From assembly GCF_000372725.1 (NCBI RefSeq), contig NW_005202237.1, forward strand, positions 248,001 through 312,000: a DNA stretch of 64,000 bases, read 5' to 3'. The notes under the pieces were generated by a model, which saw nothing but the letters and a program-made list of their open reading frames with translations, did not search any database and was not told where the DNA came from. Positions 1 through 12,518 of this stretch are shown here, one piece after another. Every line of letters begins with the position of its first letter. The stretch's first letter is position 1. Made by a program: the position numbers and the translations under genes. The DNA is from Emiliania huxleyi CCMP1516. Lineage: Eukaryota.

Positions 1-3000
1 GCGGGGGCGGCGGCGGCGGTGGCTGAGGAGGCGGCGAGGGTGGCGGAGGTGGAGGGAGCGGCGGCAGCAGCAGAAGCTGCGGAGGTCGCGGCAGCGGACA
101 TTGTCAATAAGGCGGCGCCGGACAGCGAGGGAGGAGCGGGAGGGGGATGTCGAGAGTGCCACTTGAAGCAAGTACGTCTCTGTCGTGAGAGTAGGCGATG
201 CGAGAGGCGGAGGCGGAGGCGGAGGCGGAGAAGGCTGTCGCGGCGGAGGCTGCTCAGCAGAAGCCTTGGGAGCCGTGTCTGACTCCGCGAGGAGCGGCCA
301 CGCGGGAGAAGGCAAAGGCATACGCCGAAGACGCGTGGGAGAGGGCGCGGCGTCCCGCGCGAGGGCGACGAGTTGTGCAGATCGGCGCTGCTCAGCGCAT
401 TGCCATGTGGTCAGGCGAGGCGCGACTCCCAGGCGAGGCGCGCAGCTCTCAAGAAGGAGCGCGCCCCCGCGGCTAACGGAGCGGCGGCGGCGGCGGCGGC
501 GGAGAAGGCTGCCGCTGCGAAGCAGCGGGCCGAGGAGGTGGCGGCGGAGGAGGCGAAGGAGGGGGCGCTTCTGGCCGCCGCCGCGACGGTGGTGGGTGTG
601 GCGCCAGGCCCCGAGTCGGACGTCGACGGCGGTGAGTACGGCGACGGGGCCGCGTCGTCGGACATGGAGATGTCGCTGTATTCGACGGAGGCGGAGGACA
701 CCGCGGAGAGGAGCGGGAGGAGGAAGAGCGCCACTTCACCGCTGTCTCTCTCTCTCTGAGCAGGACGACACCGACCAAGAGCAGGAGCTGCTCGACCAGG
801 AGCAGGAGGTGCTCGACGCGAGAGCGGAATTCGTGGTGGCCGCGTCGGGGGTGTGCGGAGCCCCGGGGGGGAGGAGGGGCCGGGGGGAGGAGGGACCGGG
901 GGAGGAGGCAGGGACCGGGGGGAGAAGGATGGTCGGTCGCGTCCGCAGCAAGGGAGGGGGGATCTCCTCGCCGCTAGCCCAGCGTCTCCCGGCCCGGCGC
1001 GCCCGCAGGCGGACGTCGGTGCGGAGAAGGCGAAGCTCCTGGCGGCGGCGTCGGAGGCGAGGGCGGCGGCGGCGAGGATCGAGCAAGCGGCGGCGGCGGC
1101 GCGGCGGGCGGCGGAGCATAAGAAGGGCGGCGGGCTCCTTGCGCGTGGGGAGGCGGCGCATAGGAAGCGAGAGGCGGAGGCGGCGGTGCGCGTGCAGGCC
1201 ATGTACCGCGGCCACGTGGTTCGCGCGGAGGCGGAGGCGGAGGCGCTGGAGAAGCGGCGCGCCGAGTGCGCGGTGAAGCTGCAGGCGCTGGGCGCTGCAC
1301 CGCGGGGGTCCCGCCGTGAGATGACCCCGAGATGACCCCGAGATGACCCCGAGATGACCCCGAGACTAGGCGCTGCACCGCGGGAACTCGTCGCGAGCTG
1401 GGGCGGCGGAGGCGGCGGAGGCGCAGCGAAAGCTGGTGCTGGAGATAGAGATTGCGGCGACGCAAGTCCAGCAGGTGTACCGCGGCGAGCTGGCGCAGGC
1501 GAAGGCGGAGGAGGCGGCGGGGGTGGTTGTGAGCGCGAGCAGCAGCGAGGAGAGCGCCGGCGAGGAGGAGGGCGGGGAGGGGGCGGGCGGAGGGGGCGGG
1601 GTTGGTTGTGCGGCGACGCCGTGGAAGCAGCAGCGGAGCTACCTGGAGAAAGGCTATTCGGCGGCGAAAACCAAGGAGTCGCCGGAGGCGGGCGCGGCCG
1701 CCCCGCGCTCCTGCGGGGCGGGCGGGACGACGGGGATGTCGATACCTCCCCTGAAGCTCGGCGTGGTGGGTGCGCCCTCTGCTGCGTCGCTCGGAGGTGA
1801 CCGACCACCCCTGACCCTGACCCTGACCCCGACCCCGACCCTGACCCTGACCCTGACCCTGTGACCTCTACCCGGACTCAACAGGGGCCACCCCGCGCTG
1901 GTCGGCGGCCCGCGGGTCCGGCGTCTCCTCGCTGAGCGCCGACGACACCGCTTCGGAGCTGGTTGCAGCGGCGGAGGAGGGGGAGGGGGCCGCCGTGTGC
2001 GCGCTCCTCGAGTGCGGCGCAGACCCGAACGGTGTGCCTTGGCTTGTTGTGTGGGGTGTATGTGGGGGTGTGCGGCGCGACACCTGCCTCACACACCTCT
2101 CCACACTTCTCCCAGGCGTCGACGACGAGGGCACGACTCCGCTGATGGGCGCGGCGCTCGGCGGGCACATCGGCGTCGTGCGCGACTTGCTCGAGGCCGG
2201 CGCCGAGGTCGACATAGCCGACGGGGAAGGCGGCGTGGCGCTCCACTTTTGCTCCCTCGCCGGCGCGCCTGCTCCGGCCCTCTCCGCCGCCCGTCGCACA
2301 CGCACAGGGCGGCGACACCAGCTCTGCCTCTCGCCGCCCGCGCAGGCCACCTCGAGGTGACCAAGCTGCTGCTCGACGCCCGCGCCGAGCCCAACGCCAC
2401 CACGGTCGATGGCCGCACCGCAATCGCTTTCGCGGCTCGCGGCGGGTGAGAGAGGGTCGGCGGAGGGGGGTCTCGGCTCGCTCCCCGTGCCTGACCAGCG
2501 GGTGGTTGTGCGCAGGCACGTCGCTGTGCTCGAGGCGCTGCTCTCCGCCGACGCGGACCCGCACAAGGCGGACGAGGACGGCAACACGCCGCTGATGGCG
2601 GCGGCGGAGGGCGGGGGCACACGCCAGCCGCCAGGCTGCTGAGGAGAGAGGCCGTTCACGGCTGTAGCTGTGAACAGGAGACCACGCGCCCGCCGTCGAG
2701 GTGCTGCTGGCGGCGGGCGTGGATCCGGCCGAGGAGAACGAGGAGGGCGACACGGCGGCTGACTTTGGCGCGGCGCACGAGGACGTGACGGAGGTGCTCG
2801 AGCGGCATGTCGAGCGGGCCGCCGAGGCGGCGCAGGAGGAGAAGTATAACCTCCAGCCGATCCAGAGGTCGCCTGCCGCGGGGGGCGGAGGCGCGGGGGT
2901 TATGCCGCGGTCGCGCGTCTTTGCCGAGGGCGGCGGCAGCGCGGAGCAGGCGGCCGCAGACAAGAGGCTTGCGGCGTCGCTCACAACTCGGCTTATGGCG

Positions 3001-3408
3001 GACTCGGCGGCGGACAAGGTGATACTGGCGGCGAACAAGAGGCTTGCGGGCGAGCAGGGCGGAGGCGGCGGCAAGGGGCGCGGCAAGTACGCGCACACGG
3101 TTGTGGCGAGCGAGGCGCCGCCGCGACCGGCGACCAAGTTCGTCGCCGACGCCGACGTCGCCCTGACGCCCCGGACGCGCGTCTACGCGAAGCCCGCCCC
3201 GCCGGGCAGGAAGCCGTCGGAGTCGCTGCAGGTGCCCATCCTCGCCGAGCCGGCCCGCGCACCTCCGCGCGCGGCGGCGGGCGGCGAGGGCACGCCGCTC
3301 AAGAAGGGGTGGCACGCCACCAAGACGGGGGACGGCCGCACCTACTACTACAACGACGGGGGTGAGACGTCGTGGGAGCGGCCGGGCGCGGAGGACCTCG
3401 CCGTGTGA
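1..3408 (+). CDS. Multi-exon IQ-motif / ankyrin-repeat / WW-domain protein (5' end uncertain or outside window)
   Basis: IQ motifs AAVRVQAMYRGHVVR (~1180), KLQ|ALHRG (spliced 1284/1370) and AATQVQQVYRG (~1455). Ankyrin motifs GTTPLMGAALGGH, GRTAIAFAA and GNTPLMAAA. C-terminal WW domain LKKGWHATKTGDGRTYYYNDGGETSWERP, stop at 3408. Confidence 0.75.
1808..1862 (+). repeat. Telomere-like hexamer repeat (CCCTGA/CCCCGA)n inside an intron
   Basis: About 9 tandem CCCTGA-type units read directly from the sequence. Confidence 0.85.
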
Positions 3409-3656
3409 GGCGCGAATGTGGGGTGGGAGAGGGTGCGGGTGGGGTGGGAGGGGGGGGGGGGGGCACGGGTACGGTGTGGCCTTTGTTTCTTTCGAATTTT
3501 CGTTCGGGGTTCATGTACGTGGGCATCTCTTCTGTAACGGTCGTTGGAGGGAGCGCCCTGGAGATGAGAGGGTCGCAGCCGGATGTAGGCGTAGTCCGTA
3601 CACCGTAGAGCGGTGTGACGCAGGTGATGTCGACTCCACGACCTAGATGGTTTTAA

Positions 3657-4485
3657 GGTGCCTCGGGCCAGTTGGGGGGGGGCAAACCCTGCCCACCCCC
3701 TAGAGCTCCAAGTAAGGCCCAGGTATGGCCTAGGGCATCAGAAGGGACCAAAAGGAGTCCAGTCTGAGCCATAGAGCCCATGTCTTTCCCCCCGAAGGTC
3801 GCGTTCAAATGCCCGGAACGGACGTTACAGTGGTGTCCGGCCGGCGCGATCACCGAGCTGTGACGCTCAGGGAAGCCGGTTGAGGTGCTGGTTTCTTTGG
3901 CCAGGGCTGGCCTACGACCCAGGCTGGATCAGCTGAGCAAGGTTTGGGGAGAATCCCCCGGACAGATCTTCAGATATTTTGACGGATGACCGAAATCACC
4001 CCGTTTTTGCCTTGCCGTCCTCCGCCGCGGCTTGGATCTTCTTCGGCAGCACGTCGAGATCCTGGGTTCGCAGAGGAAGGTTCGTGTGGATGCGGTCGAG
4101 TACGACGGCTACCCGGACGCCGAGCGTCTCCTCTCGTTAGAGGAAGAGACGTGGCTAGGCAGGTGACGCTCGGCGCCGGCAGCGCGGCCCCTAATACCAG
4201 CGGCGAGGCGAGCTCACTGGAGAGCGTGAGCTGTGGCGTGTGCGCGGGAGCCGCAGTGCGGAGAGAGCAAGCGCGAGACCGAGAGACGGTGCGGCGAGAG
4301 ATGATAGCTCTGATACGGCTTTAGGGTCGCGCGTTCGCATTCCCCGCGCATCGCGCATGGTGTGCTGTCACTGTGTCTGAGCTGTGACGTGTGAGCTGTG
4401 GAGGTTCGGCCCGCAGGCAGATTTTGTATTTGAGGCGGTGGCCGGTGCCGAGCGCAGGCAGTGCCCACAGGTCGGAGCTCGGACC
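3657..4485. mobile_element. Possible non-autonomous TTAA-flanked DNA element (Kolobok-like GG...CC ends)
   Basis: TTAA|GGT at 3653-3659 and ACC|TTAA at 4483-4489 bracket a non-coding segment. TIR similarity beyond 3 nt is poor. Confidence 0.3.
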
Positions 4486-5044
4486 TTAAGTATTTGATAA
4501 TCGTAGGCCATTTTCCGGTGCTGGTAGCCCCTCCCAAACCACAGGCGCGCGCAGCGCGCCCAGGGGCGCCGCTAGATGCCACTCCGTCCGAGCGCATCTG
4601 CTCACACACGGCAGCCGTACGAAGGGTTGGTCCATCGCGACGAGCCCTTTCGCAAGTTGTAAAGCTCGGAAGCGAGCTTTGCACGGCGATCGAGGGTGGC
4701 ACGGTTCACCCCCTTCACCGAAGCGATGGAGATGCATCTGCTTGCATGCAATCAACTTTTGCTGCGGTCACACTAGCTGCCAGGGTTCACGGACACAGTG
4801 GAGACAATGGCGCGGGCGGCTGACTTGCCCGAACCAGAGAAGCAAGTGGTTTGGAGCAGCCTGCGATCGTGGATTGCATTGCGTTTGGACGCGATGTCGA
4901 GGAAGGCAGAAGCTGCCATTCTTTGAAATTTCAAGGCCAGGCAAGGGCAGCGGAGCCCCAGCAGGGGTGTGGCCACGCCATCTGCGCTCTGATGTGGACC
5001 GCGTGGTGTTCGAGCCCTGACGCGGTCGCAGGGCCATAACACGG

Positions 5045-5244
5045 AAAGAAAGAAAGAAAGAAAACACACAACCCAAGGGAGGGATGGGAGAACGGCACGC
5101 CGCCACCACACAGGGATTTTAAGGAGAGGAGGGTGTGATGCGCTAGCCGTCGCCCACCCTGGGGGGTCTGCCTCCTCGTATCTCTTTTCGCAGTCTCTCG
5201 CCGCTTCTCGCTGCAACCTTCATGCCACCTCGCGGCTGTCCCAC
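5045..5244 (-). mobile_element. 5'-truncated non-LTR retrotransposon 3' end (family A) with (TTTC)n tail
   Basis: Closely matches 32517-32715. (GAAA)n run on + strand. 8-bp TSD TAACACGG at 5037-5044 and 5245-5252. Confidence 0.85.
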
Positions 5245-5314
5245 TAACACGGGTCTCCGAGGGATAGGCCCGCAAAAATTCTTTTTTCCGAAGCGTCGCA
5301 GCAGCCACCACTGT

Positions 5315-7326
5315 ATGCCCGGACGGACGAAGGCTGGCTCAGCCGCCTCCCGGCGCGGGCACGCTTCAGCGGCGGCTACTGCTGCGCCGCTCGCGCTGCC
5401 GAAAAGAATCGAAGCGGCGGTGGAGAACGGTAAGGTCGACGTGGTGCAGACGTGGCTCAGCGGGTTGACGCGACGTGCGTGAATCGCGGCGTGAGTGGCT
5501 GTACGCTCCTACTGATCGCCGCCGCCAGCGACAAGCAGCTGGTCGAACTGCTGCTGAAGCGCGGCGCGGAGGTGGACGCGCGAGACAGCAAAGACTGTAC
5601 GGCGCTGATGCTCGCCGCCGCCCGCGGTGACGAGCAGGTGGCCAAGATGCTGCTGCGGCACGGCGCAGAGATCAACCCGCAGAACCTTGAAGGCTTCACC
5701 GCGCTGATGTTGGCCGCCGCCAACGGCCATGCGCGGGTGGTCGACGCGCTACTTCAACACGGGGCGGAGATCAACCTTCAAGACAGCGACGGCCACACTG
5801 CGCTCACGTGCGCCGGCTTTTTCGGCCACCCTGCCGTCGTGCTCCGCCTGCTGCGCGCGGGCGCGGACATGACGTTGCGCAATGCGGCGGGCAGGTCGGC
5901 GCTGCAGATTGTCAAGGAGGAGGGCCACGCCGAGTGCGTCCAGGCCTTCAGGACGCATCTCGGGGCGGTGGCGGCGGACCGGCGCAAGGCGCCGTCGGCC
6001 GAGCGCGGCGAGGGAGGCGCGGAGGCCGAGCCGAGCAGCGGCGGGGCGGTGCCAAAGGAGGTCGTGCAAGCGACTGAGCGAGGCGATGAGGCGGTTGTGC
6101 TGGCGTGGCTCGACGGCGGCGGACGGGTCAACGCGACGTTCGTGTACGTCTTTTCGGACGGCCCTGTGAGCGGCGTGACGCTGCTGATTCTCGCAATGGT
6201 GAAGGGCCACGAGGGGCTGGCCGAGGCGCTGCTCCAGCGAGGCGCGGATGTCTCGTTGCAGTCCAACAACGGCGGCACCGCGCTGAATCTCGCCGCCGTG
6301 AATGGCCTCGAGACGCTGGTCGAGTTGGCGTTGCGGCACGGCGCGGAGATCAACGAGCAAGCTCCTCTCGGCGGCACCCCGCTGATGGGCGCCGCTAGCG
6401 GTGGCCACGAGGAAGTGGTCGACGCGTTGATCCGGCACGGCGCGGCGATTGACGTTCAGGCCACCATCGGCGACACCGCACTGATTCAGGCCGCTTTCAA
6501 CGGCCACCCCTCCGTCCTTCTCCGCTTGCTGCGGGCGGGCGCAGACATGACGCTGCGCACTACGGCTGGCTGGACCGCTCTGCAGCTTGCCAAGGACAAG
6601 GGCCACGCCGAGTGCGTGCGCGCCCTCGAGGAGCATGCGGCGGCGAAGAAGGCGGCGGAGAGGGCGGCGGCGGAGGCGGCGTGGGCTGCGGGAGCGGCGG
6701 AGAGGGCGGCGCAGAGGGCGGCGGAGGAGAAGGAGGCGGCGCGGCACGCCGAGGAGCTGCTGGCGGAGGTCGAGGCGGAGAAGCGCGCCAAGGGCAAGAA
6801 GGGCAAGAAGAAGAAGAAGAAGGGCGGCGGGGCGGGCGGGGCGGGGCCGTCGCAGGAGCCCGAGGAGGCTGCCGAGGCGCCGTCGGAGGCAGACGCAGCC
6901 GAGGCGGCGAAGAAGGCCGAGGAGGCGAGGCTTCTCCTGCTTCTCGAGACGCTCACCGAGGAGAGGATGCGGTTCAGCATCACGGCGGAGACGTCGGTCG
7001 AGGGGCTGGCGGAGGCGCTGGGAGAGGCGGCGGGCGAGGCGGGCGAGGAGGAGGGCGACGAGGAGACGGCGGAGGCGGCAGCGGAGGCGGCAGCGGACGC
7101 GGCCGCGCAGGCGGCAGCAGAGGCGCGCCGGCAGGCTGAGGCGGAGGCTGCGGCTGTGGCAGCGGCAGAGGAGGAGGAGGCTGCCGCAGCGGAGGAGGAG
7201 GCGGAGGAGGCGGCAGTAGCGGCGGCCGAGGCAGCAGCGGCGGCGGCAGAGGCGGCGCTCGCCGCAGCCAAGGCTAGGCGCGCTTCAGGTGCCGCTGCGA
7301 GGGCCAGGGCGCGGGAGGCGGCCTAG
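5315..7326 (+). CDS. Ankyrin-repeat protein with Ala/Glu coiled-coil tail; frameshift near 5460
   Basis: Two blocks of ankyrin repeats (GFTALMLAAANGH, GGTPLMGAASGGH, GWTALQLAKDKGH). The ATG-5315 frame (..VVQTWLSG) shifts into ORF 5452..7326 (RVDAT..). The internal paralogous block reads VVLAWLDGGGRVNAT. Confidence 0.8.
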
Positions 7327-7599
7327 CCAGCGCGCAAGGACAGCTGGCGCAGTGGCAGCCATGGGGAAGGGTCTCTCGTACTCTGGGGTGCGTTCTCTTG
7401 TGAACGATCGTGGCTGTGGGCTGGGCCTCGCGCCGCACGCGCGCGGGCGCGCGTGCAGAGTCAGTCCCTCGAGGTCTTGCGCTCTTGCCGCCGGGATCTG
7501 CCACTCCGAGATGATAAGGTAAGGTAAGGTAAATTTCTCCACACACACAAAGTGGTGGGGCAAGGGGGGGCGACCCTCGCATCTCCACACCCGGACGCG

Positions 7600-8821
7600 G
7601 TGATCGCCGCCCTCCAAGGCCACGAGCGGGTGGTCGACTTGCTGATTCGGCGCGGCGCTGACGTCAACCTGCAGAACAGCAAAGGCCGCACCGCGCTGAT
7701 GGCCGCCGCCATCCAAGGCCACCCCGGCCGCTGTCGTGCTCCGCCTGCTTCGGGCTGGCGCGGATGCAAAGGCTCGCTCTGCAGACGGCAGGCCCGCGCT
7801 GCAGTTCGCCAAGGAGGAGGCGGCCAAGGTGCTTGCTACTGCCGACGCCGCCAGTGCTCCTGAAATGGACCACGCCGGGTGCGTGCGCGCTCTCACAGAG
7901 CACGCAGCGGCGCTGAGGGAGGCGGAGGCGGCAGAGAAGGCGCTCGAGGTCAAGGGGCGGCGCGAGCAGCGTGAGCGGGAGGCGGCGGCGGCGGCGCGAG
8001 AGCGCGAGCGGGCGGCACGACAGCGCGAAGCAGAGCGAGCGGCGGACGAGGCGCGCCGGGCGGCGGACGCTGCGGCGCTGGAGGAGCAGAGGCGAGCCAT
8101 TGCGGCGGAGGCGGAGGCGAAGCTGGCCGCTGAGCGCGCGGCAGTAGAGGAGACGCTGCGGGAGAGGGAGGCGGAGAGGCTTGCGGCTGAGGAGGCGCAG
8201 CGAGAGGAGCAGCGGGCGGCCGCGGCGGCGCGCAAAGCCGCTCAGGCAGAGGCGGCGCGGCGCGAGAAGGAGGCTGCGGACAAGAGGGCGGAGGAGGAGA
8301 AGGCGAGGCGGCGCGCAAAGGCGGCGGAGGCAACGGCGGCCAAGAAGGAGGCCAAGGCGAAGAACAATAAGGCCAAGAAGGCGCCGTCTGCTTTCGCACT
8401 CGAGGAGGAGCGGAGGGCGAAGGCTGCGGCAGAGGTTCGCGCACAGGAGGAGAGGGCGGCGCAGCTGGCTGCTGAGCAGGAGGCGGCGAGGCGGGCGGAG
8501 CGGGAGGCGGCAGAGCTAGCGGGTGCGGCAGAGCAGGCGGCGCTGCGCGAGGATGCGGAGCTGGCGGAGGCGCTGCGCTGGTCAGAGGCGGATGCGGAGG
8601 AGGCGTTGGCGCGTCGGGTGTCGCGGTGCGAGGAGGCGGTGAGCAGCGAGTCGACCGGCGGCGGCGGGGATTTGCCGCGGCGTGTCGAGCGGCTGGAGGC
8701 GAGCCTCGGCACGGCGACTGCGGGCAGCCTCGAGGAGCGGGTCAGCGCCATCGAGCGCTTGATCGGGCCAGAGGCGGGAGAGGCGGCGGAGCAGCATCTG
8801 CCAGTCACCGAGCCGCTTTAG
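7600..8821 (+). pseudogene. Second ankyrin/coiled-coil paralog, 5'-truncated and frameshifted
   Basis: IAALQGHERVVDLLIRRGADVNLQNSKGRTALMAAAIQGHP, then a frameshift at ~7725-7735 into VLRLLRAGAD..HAGCVRALTEHAAA, paralogous to the upstream gene. No start codon; preceded by a (GGTAA)n-tailed segment at ~7515. Confidence 0.65.
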
Positions 8822-9153
8822 GGCAGGAAAAAGAAGCCAACGGCGCGGGCAACGCGCAACGCGGGAGCGGGGAGGAACGTTTTTCTCTTGTGTTACCGTT
8901 TTACAGCGAGACACCAGACACGCGTGGCGCTGGCGGGGGCCAGTGTCTCGAGTGTGCACGGCGAATGGCAATGGGCGAACCCGCGCCTGATATACTCTGC
9001 ATACATCGATATGGCAAGCTGGAGTGTACAACTACAAGTAAAAATGCGGCCAACGCAAATTTAAGTGCACCCTTAGTCGGCAAGAGTGCGCCTGCAGCCA
9101 CACTGCATCGCGCCGACCCGCGACCGCCGCCCGCCGCACACCGCCGCCCGCCG

Positions 9154-11647
9154 TCACGCTCCTACCAGCAGCGGCAAGCCCACCGAGAAGAGGTCGAGGG
9201 TGGGGTCGAGCTGCCTACCCAGCCCCTCGAGGACGACGATCGCGCAGACGAGGGTCGTGAAGACGGGGTCGGGCTGCACGTGGTGCGTGCGCACGAGGCT
9301 GGTCACCTCGAGCAGAACCTCGCCCACCTTGAGGTGGCGCAAGTTGAAGGCGCCGCGCTCGCCCGCGCGCGCGCTCTCGACGAGATTCCTCATCCCGCGC
9401 CGGAAGGCGGCGGGGTCGTCGCAGCGCTGCTCGCGCGCGTGGCGCAGCATCAGGTCGCCCGCGAGCTCGCCTAGCCGAGATGCAGCCGACATGCAGCCGA
9501 GATGCAGCCGACATGCAGCCGACATGCAGCCGAGACACACCCGCGCTCGTCTGGCAGAACGCGGAGTGGAGGGAGCGGGCCAAAGGCGCGGGAGGCGGGG
9601 CGAGGAAGGGGGGAGGGGGAGGGGGGGCGAGTCGCACCGTCGCCCTGCCCGATGGCCTTGAAGAGGCTGAGGAAGTTGCGCCGGTCCCGCTCGGTCAGCT
9701 CGACGACCAAGCCAGCCTGCGAGAGAGGCGCACGAGAGAGGCTCGCCACGGGTGGGCGCCGAGAGGTAGCAATCTCGGCCTGCTCTCGGCTGCGAGCAGG
9801 CGCGCGTCGATAATGCCGAGCCTGACCTCCCCCGCGCCTCCTCCGCCGCCCTCGCCGCCGGCCGGCAGGACGAGGATGTTGCCCGGGTGGAGGTCGGCGT
9901 GGACAAAGTTGTGCCTGCAGAGCGGCGGAGGGGCGGAGCCGATGTGGCGGGGAGGGCGGCGGAGGGGCGGAGCCGATGTGGCGGGGAGGGCGGCGGGGTC
10001 CTGCTCCAGGGTGCCCCGGTCACTCAGGAGCGCGCGCAGGAGGCAGCACTCCTGATACCATAGGGAGGACGGCGCCACCCCGGGAGCGCGCGCGCGCCGC
10101 GCGCTCTCTCGGCTACATCGCGGCGGCTCGCGCGCCGAAGCACCATAGTAAGGAAGGTGCGCAGCCCGAGCCTCGCCAGCTCGCTTCTCCGCGCCTCCCG
10201 CGCCGCGCCGCGCGCCTCGAGCTCCGCCGCCGCGCGGACGGCAGCGCTCGCGTCCGCGCTGCTCGCGGCGCCCATCCCCGCAGCCTGCATCGCCTCGGCC
10301 GCCGCCTCGTCCGCCGCGAGCAGCGCGGCCGCCTCCCCCTCCGCCGCGGCGGCGTCCTCCTCGAGCAGGGAGGAGAGGGTCTGCCCGGGCAGCAGCGTCT
10401 CGACGAGCACCCTCCGCGCCACCAGCCCTTCCTCGCGCAGAGGCCGCGGCACCTCCACGCGAGGGTCGACGGCGAAGTTCGCGCGGAAGGCGTCGAGGTT
10501 GCGGGCTTCGAGCCGCAGGTCGAGCTGGGACCGCATGAAGGCCGCAAACTCGTCGACCATCTGGGGAAGGGCGAGCCAGCGCAGGCCAGGCAGCAGAGGG
10601 GAGAGGAGGAGCTCGAAGGCGCCGCACGCGCCGCGAAGCAGGTAGAGGTCGTCAGCGACCTGGAGGCAGGGTCCGAGAAGGGTCCGAGAAGGGTCCGAGA
10701 AGGGTCCGAGAAGGGCTCCACAAGTGGTGCAGCTGCCTGCCGCTCGACATGCGGGTGGAGCACCTCGAGGGCAGAGGGGCGGGCCGTGAGGAGGCGCTCT
10801 TCGGAGTCGACGCGTGAGTGGGCGCACCACCTTGACGGCGAGGGGCACGCCGCCCACTGTCGCGCGGTGCACCTGCGCAATGCAGCCCGAGCCGAGGGGC
10901 GCAGCAGAGAGGCTTCCCAGCAGCTCCTCGGCGGGCGCGGTGGCGCCGAAGGAGGCGGAGATCGCGGCGCGCGAGAGCTCGAGCGCGTGCGGCTCGACTC
11001 TCGAGTGCAGCTCGCCTGTCCACGCCTCGAGCCGTGAGGCGTTCACACCCTCGCGCCTGCCCTCGAGTGCAGCTCGCCTGTCCACGCCTCGAGCCGTGAG
11101 GCGTTCACACCCTCGCGCCCGCCCTCGAGTGGAGCTCGCCGAGCGTCGCGCAGAGCGAGGCGGGCAGCACGTCGGGTCGCGTGGAGGCCCACTGGCCGAG
11201 CTTCGTGAGGCACGGGCCGCCGCGCTCGAGCGCGTGCACCAGAGCGCGCTCGAACCGCGACTGCCACGCTCTGCCGCGAAGCAGGAGCGCCGGCAGCAGC
11301 AGCAGCAGCGGTCGCAGCAGCAGCAGGCCCAGCGCAAAGGCGCGTGCGAGCAGTCGCAACGCACCGAGTGCTGAGCGCGGCCGACCATCGAGCGATAGAG
11401 AGGCCGATTCGGCTTCGGGTACTATCGCCGCCTGCCGGGCCGCGACCCGCCTCTGCACAGCAAAGGCTGGCGTGCCGCCGTGGAGGAGGAGCAGCGCGGC
11501 AAAGCTTTGCGGCGGTGGGCGGCAACTTAAGATACGGTGCAATGCGGTGCTCCGGCCGCAGAGAGAGCGACGAGGCAAAGCGACGGAACGCGCGAGCCGT
11601 AACGCGGTCGGAGAGCTGTCGGCGACGGTTCGGGCCAGTCGGAGCAT
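9154..11647 (-). CDS. ABC1/UbiB-family atypical protein kinase (ADCK2-like), multi-exon
   Basis: GPCLTKLGQWASTRPD, PLGSGCIAQVHRA, AVKV, QLDLRLEARNL, HNFVHADLHPGNIL, VLEGLGRQLDPTLD. Arg-rich N-terminus MLRLART resembles a mitochondrial presequence. Confidence 0.9.
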
Positions 11648-11820
11648 TGCACAAAAAAGTCGCAGAAACAGAAAGAAGGAGCCACCACAGGGATTAAGAA
11701 AGGACCCGCCAATAACGTCGAGTTTCTTATGAGCGCCCGCCGAGGGCGAGGCACCCTCTCTCCATCTCTCTCTCTCACCGGCCGGTCCTTCCTCCCCAGC
11801 TGCTCGCCCCAGGAGAAGAC

Positions 11821-12411
11821 ATGAGTTCACCCGCCGATAGCGTGAACGCGTCGGGTGACGATCACCTCGATGCGGCAGCCTCGGCGATGCTGCACTCCAG
11901 GTCGCGCCTCCCGGGCCAATGCGGCGATAGAATGGGCCAGTGCACCGCGGGTGGTCACCTCGCCCGGCTCTCGATGGAGGAGCGGGGACTGGTGGTGATG
12001 GAGTCACCGGCTATGGGTCGGGCGCGCGTGGCGACGGCTACGGATGCGCGGCTAGCTGAGATCCGTGCCCTGCCGGACACGAGCGGAACCTGGGTCACCC
12101 CTGCTCGCCGCGTGCCCGACTCGCCAGAAGGGGGAGGAAAGTCGGCTCTGCGACCCTCGAGCAGCCCAGGCGCGCGGGATTGCGGCTGCGGCCGCACGGT
12201 CAGCTTTGCCCCGTTCACCGACGAGGGTCAGCCAGAGGAGGGCGCGGCGTCCTCCGCCAGTGACGGGCGGGTGAGTCACTGGCTCGCAGCGGCACCCGAG
12301 TGCTTCGCCATCGCCTTCCTCATCGCAATCGCGCTATCGCTCGCCTTCCACTCGCTGCATATGCCGCCGGTGTCGCCGCCGTCGCCGCCACCGCCACCGC
12401 CACCACGGTGA
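11821..12411 (+). CDS. Hypothetical protein with one C-terminal hydrophobic segment
   Basis: ATG-initiated 196-aa ORF divergent from ABC1. Hydrophobic stretch CFAIAFLIAIALSLAF followed by poly-Pro. No recognisable domain. Confidence 0.35.
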   Translation: MSSPADSVNASGDDHLDAAASAMLHSRSRLPGQCGDRMGQCTAGGHLARLSMEERGLVVMESPAMGRARVATATDARLAEIRALPDTSGTWVTPARRVPDSPEGGGKSALRPSSSPGARDCGCGRTVSFAPFTDEGQPEEGAASSASDGRVSHWLAAAPECFAIAFLIAIALSLAFHSLHMPPVSPPSPPPPPPPR

Positions 12412-12518
12412 AAAGAGACATGAAAAGGACATGAACTGGTGACGCAACGATCGGGCCGTTCGGGCTCACCATCCTCGCCCTCGGATTCTCTCTCTCGGAT
12501 TCTCCTCCCGCTAAACCT

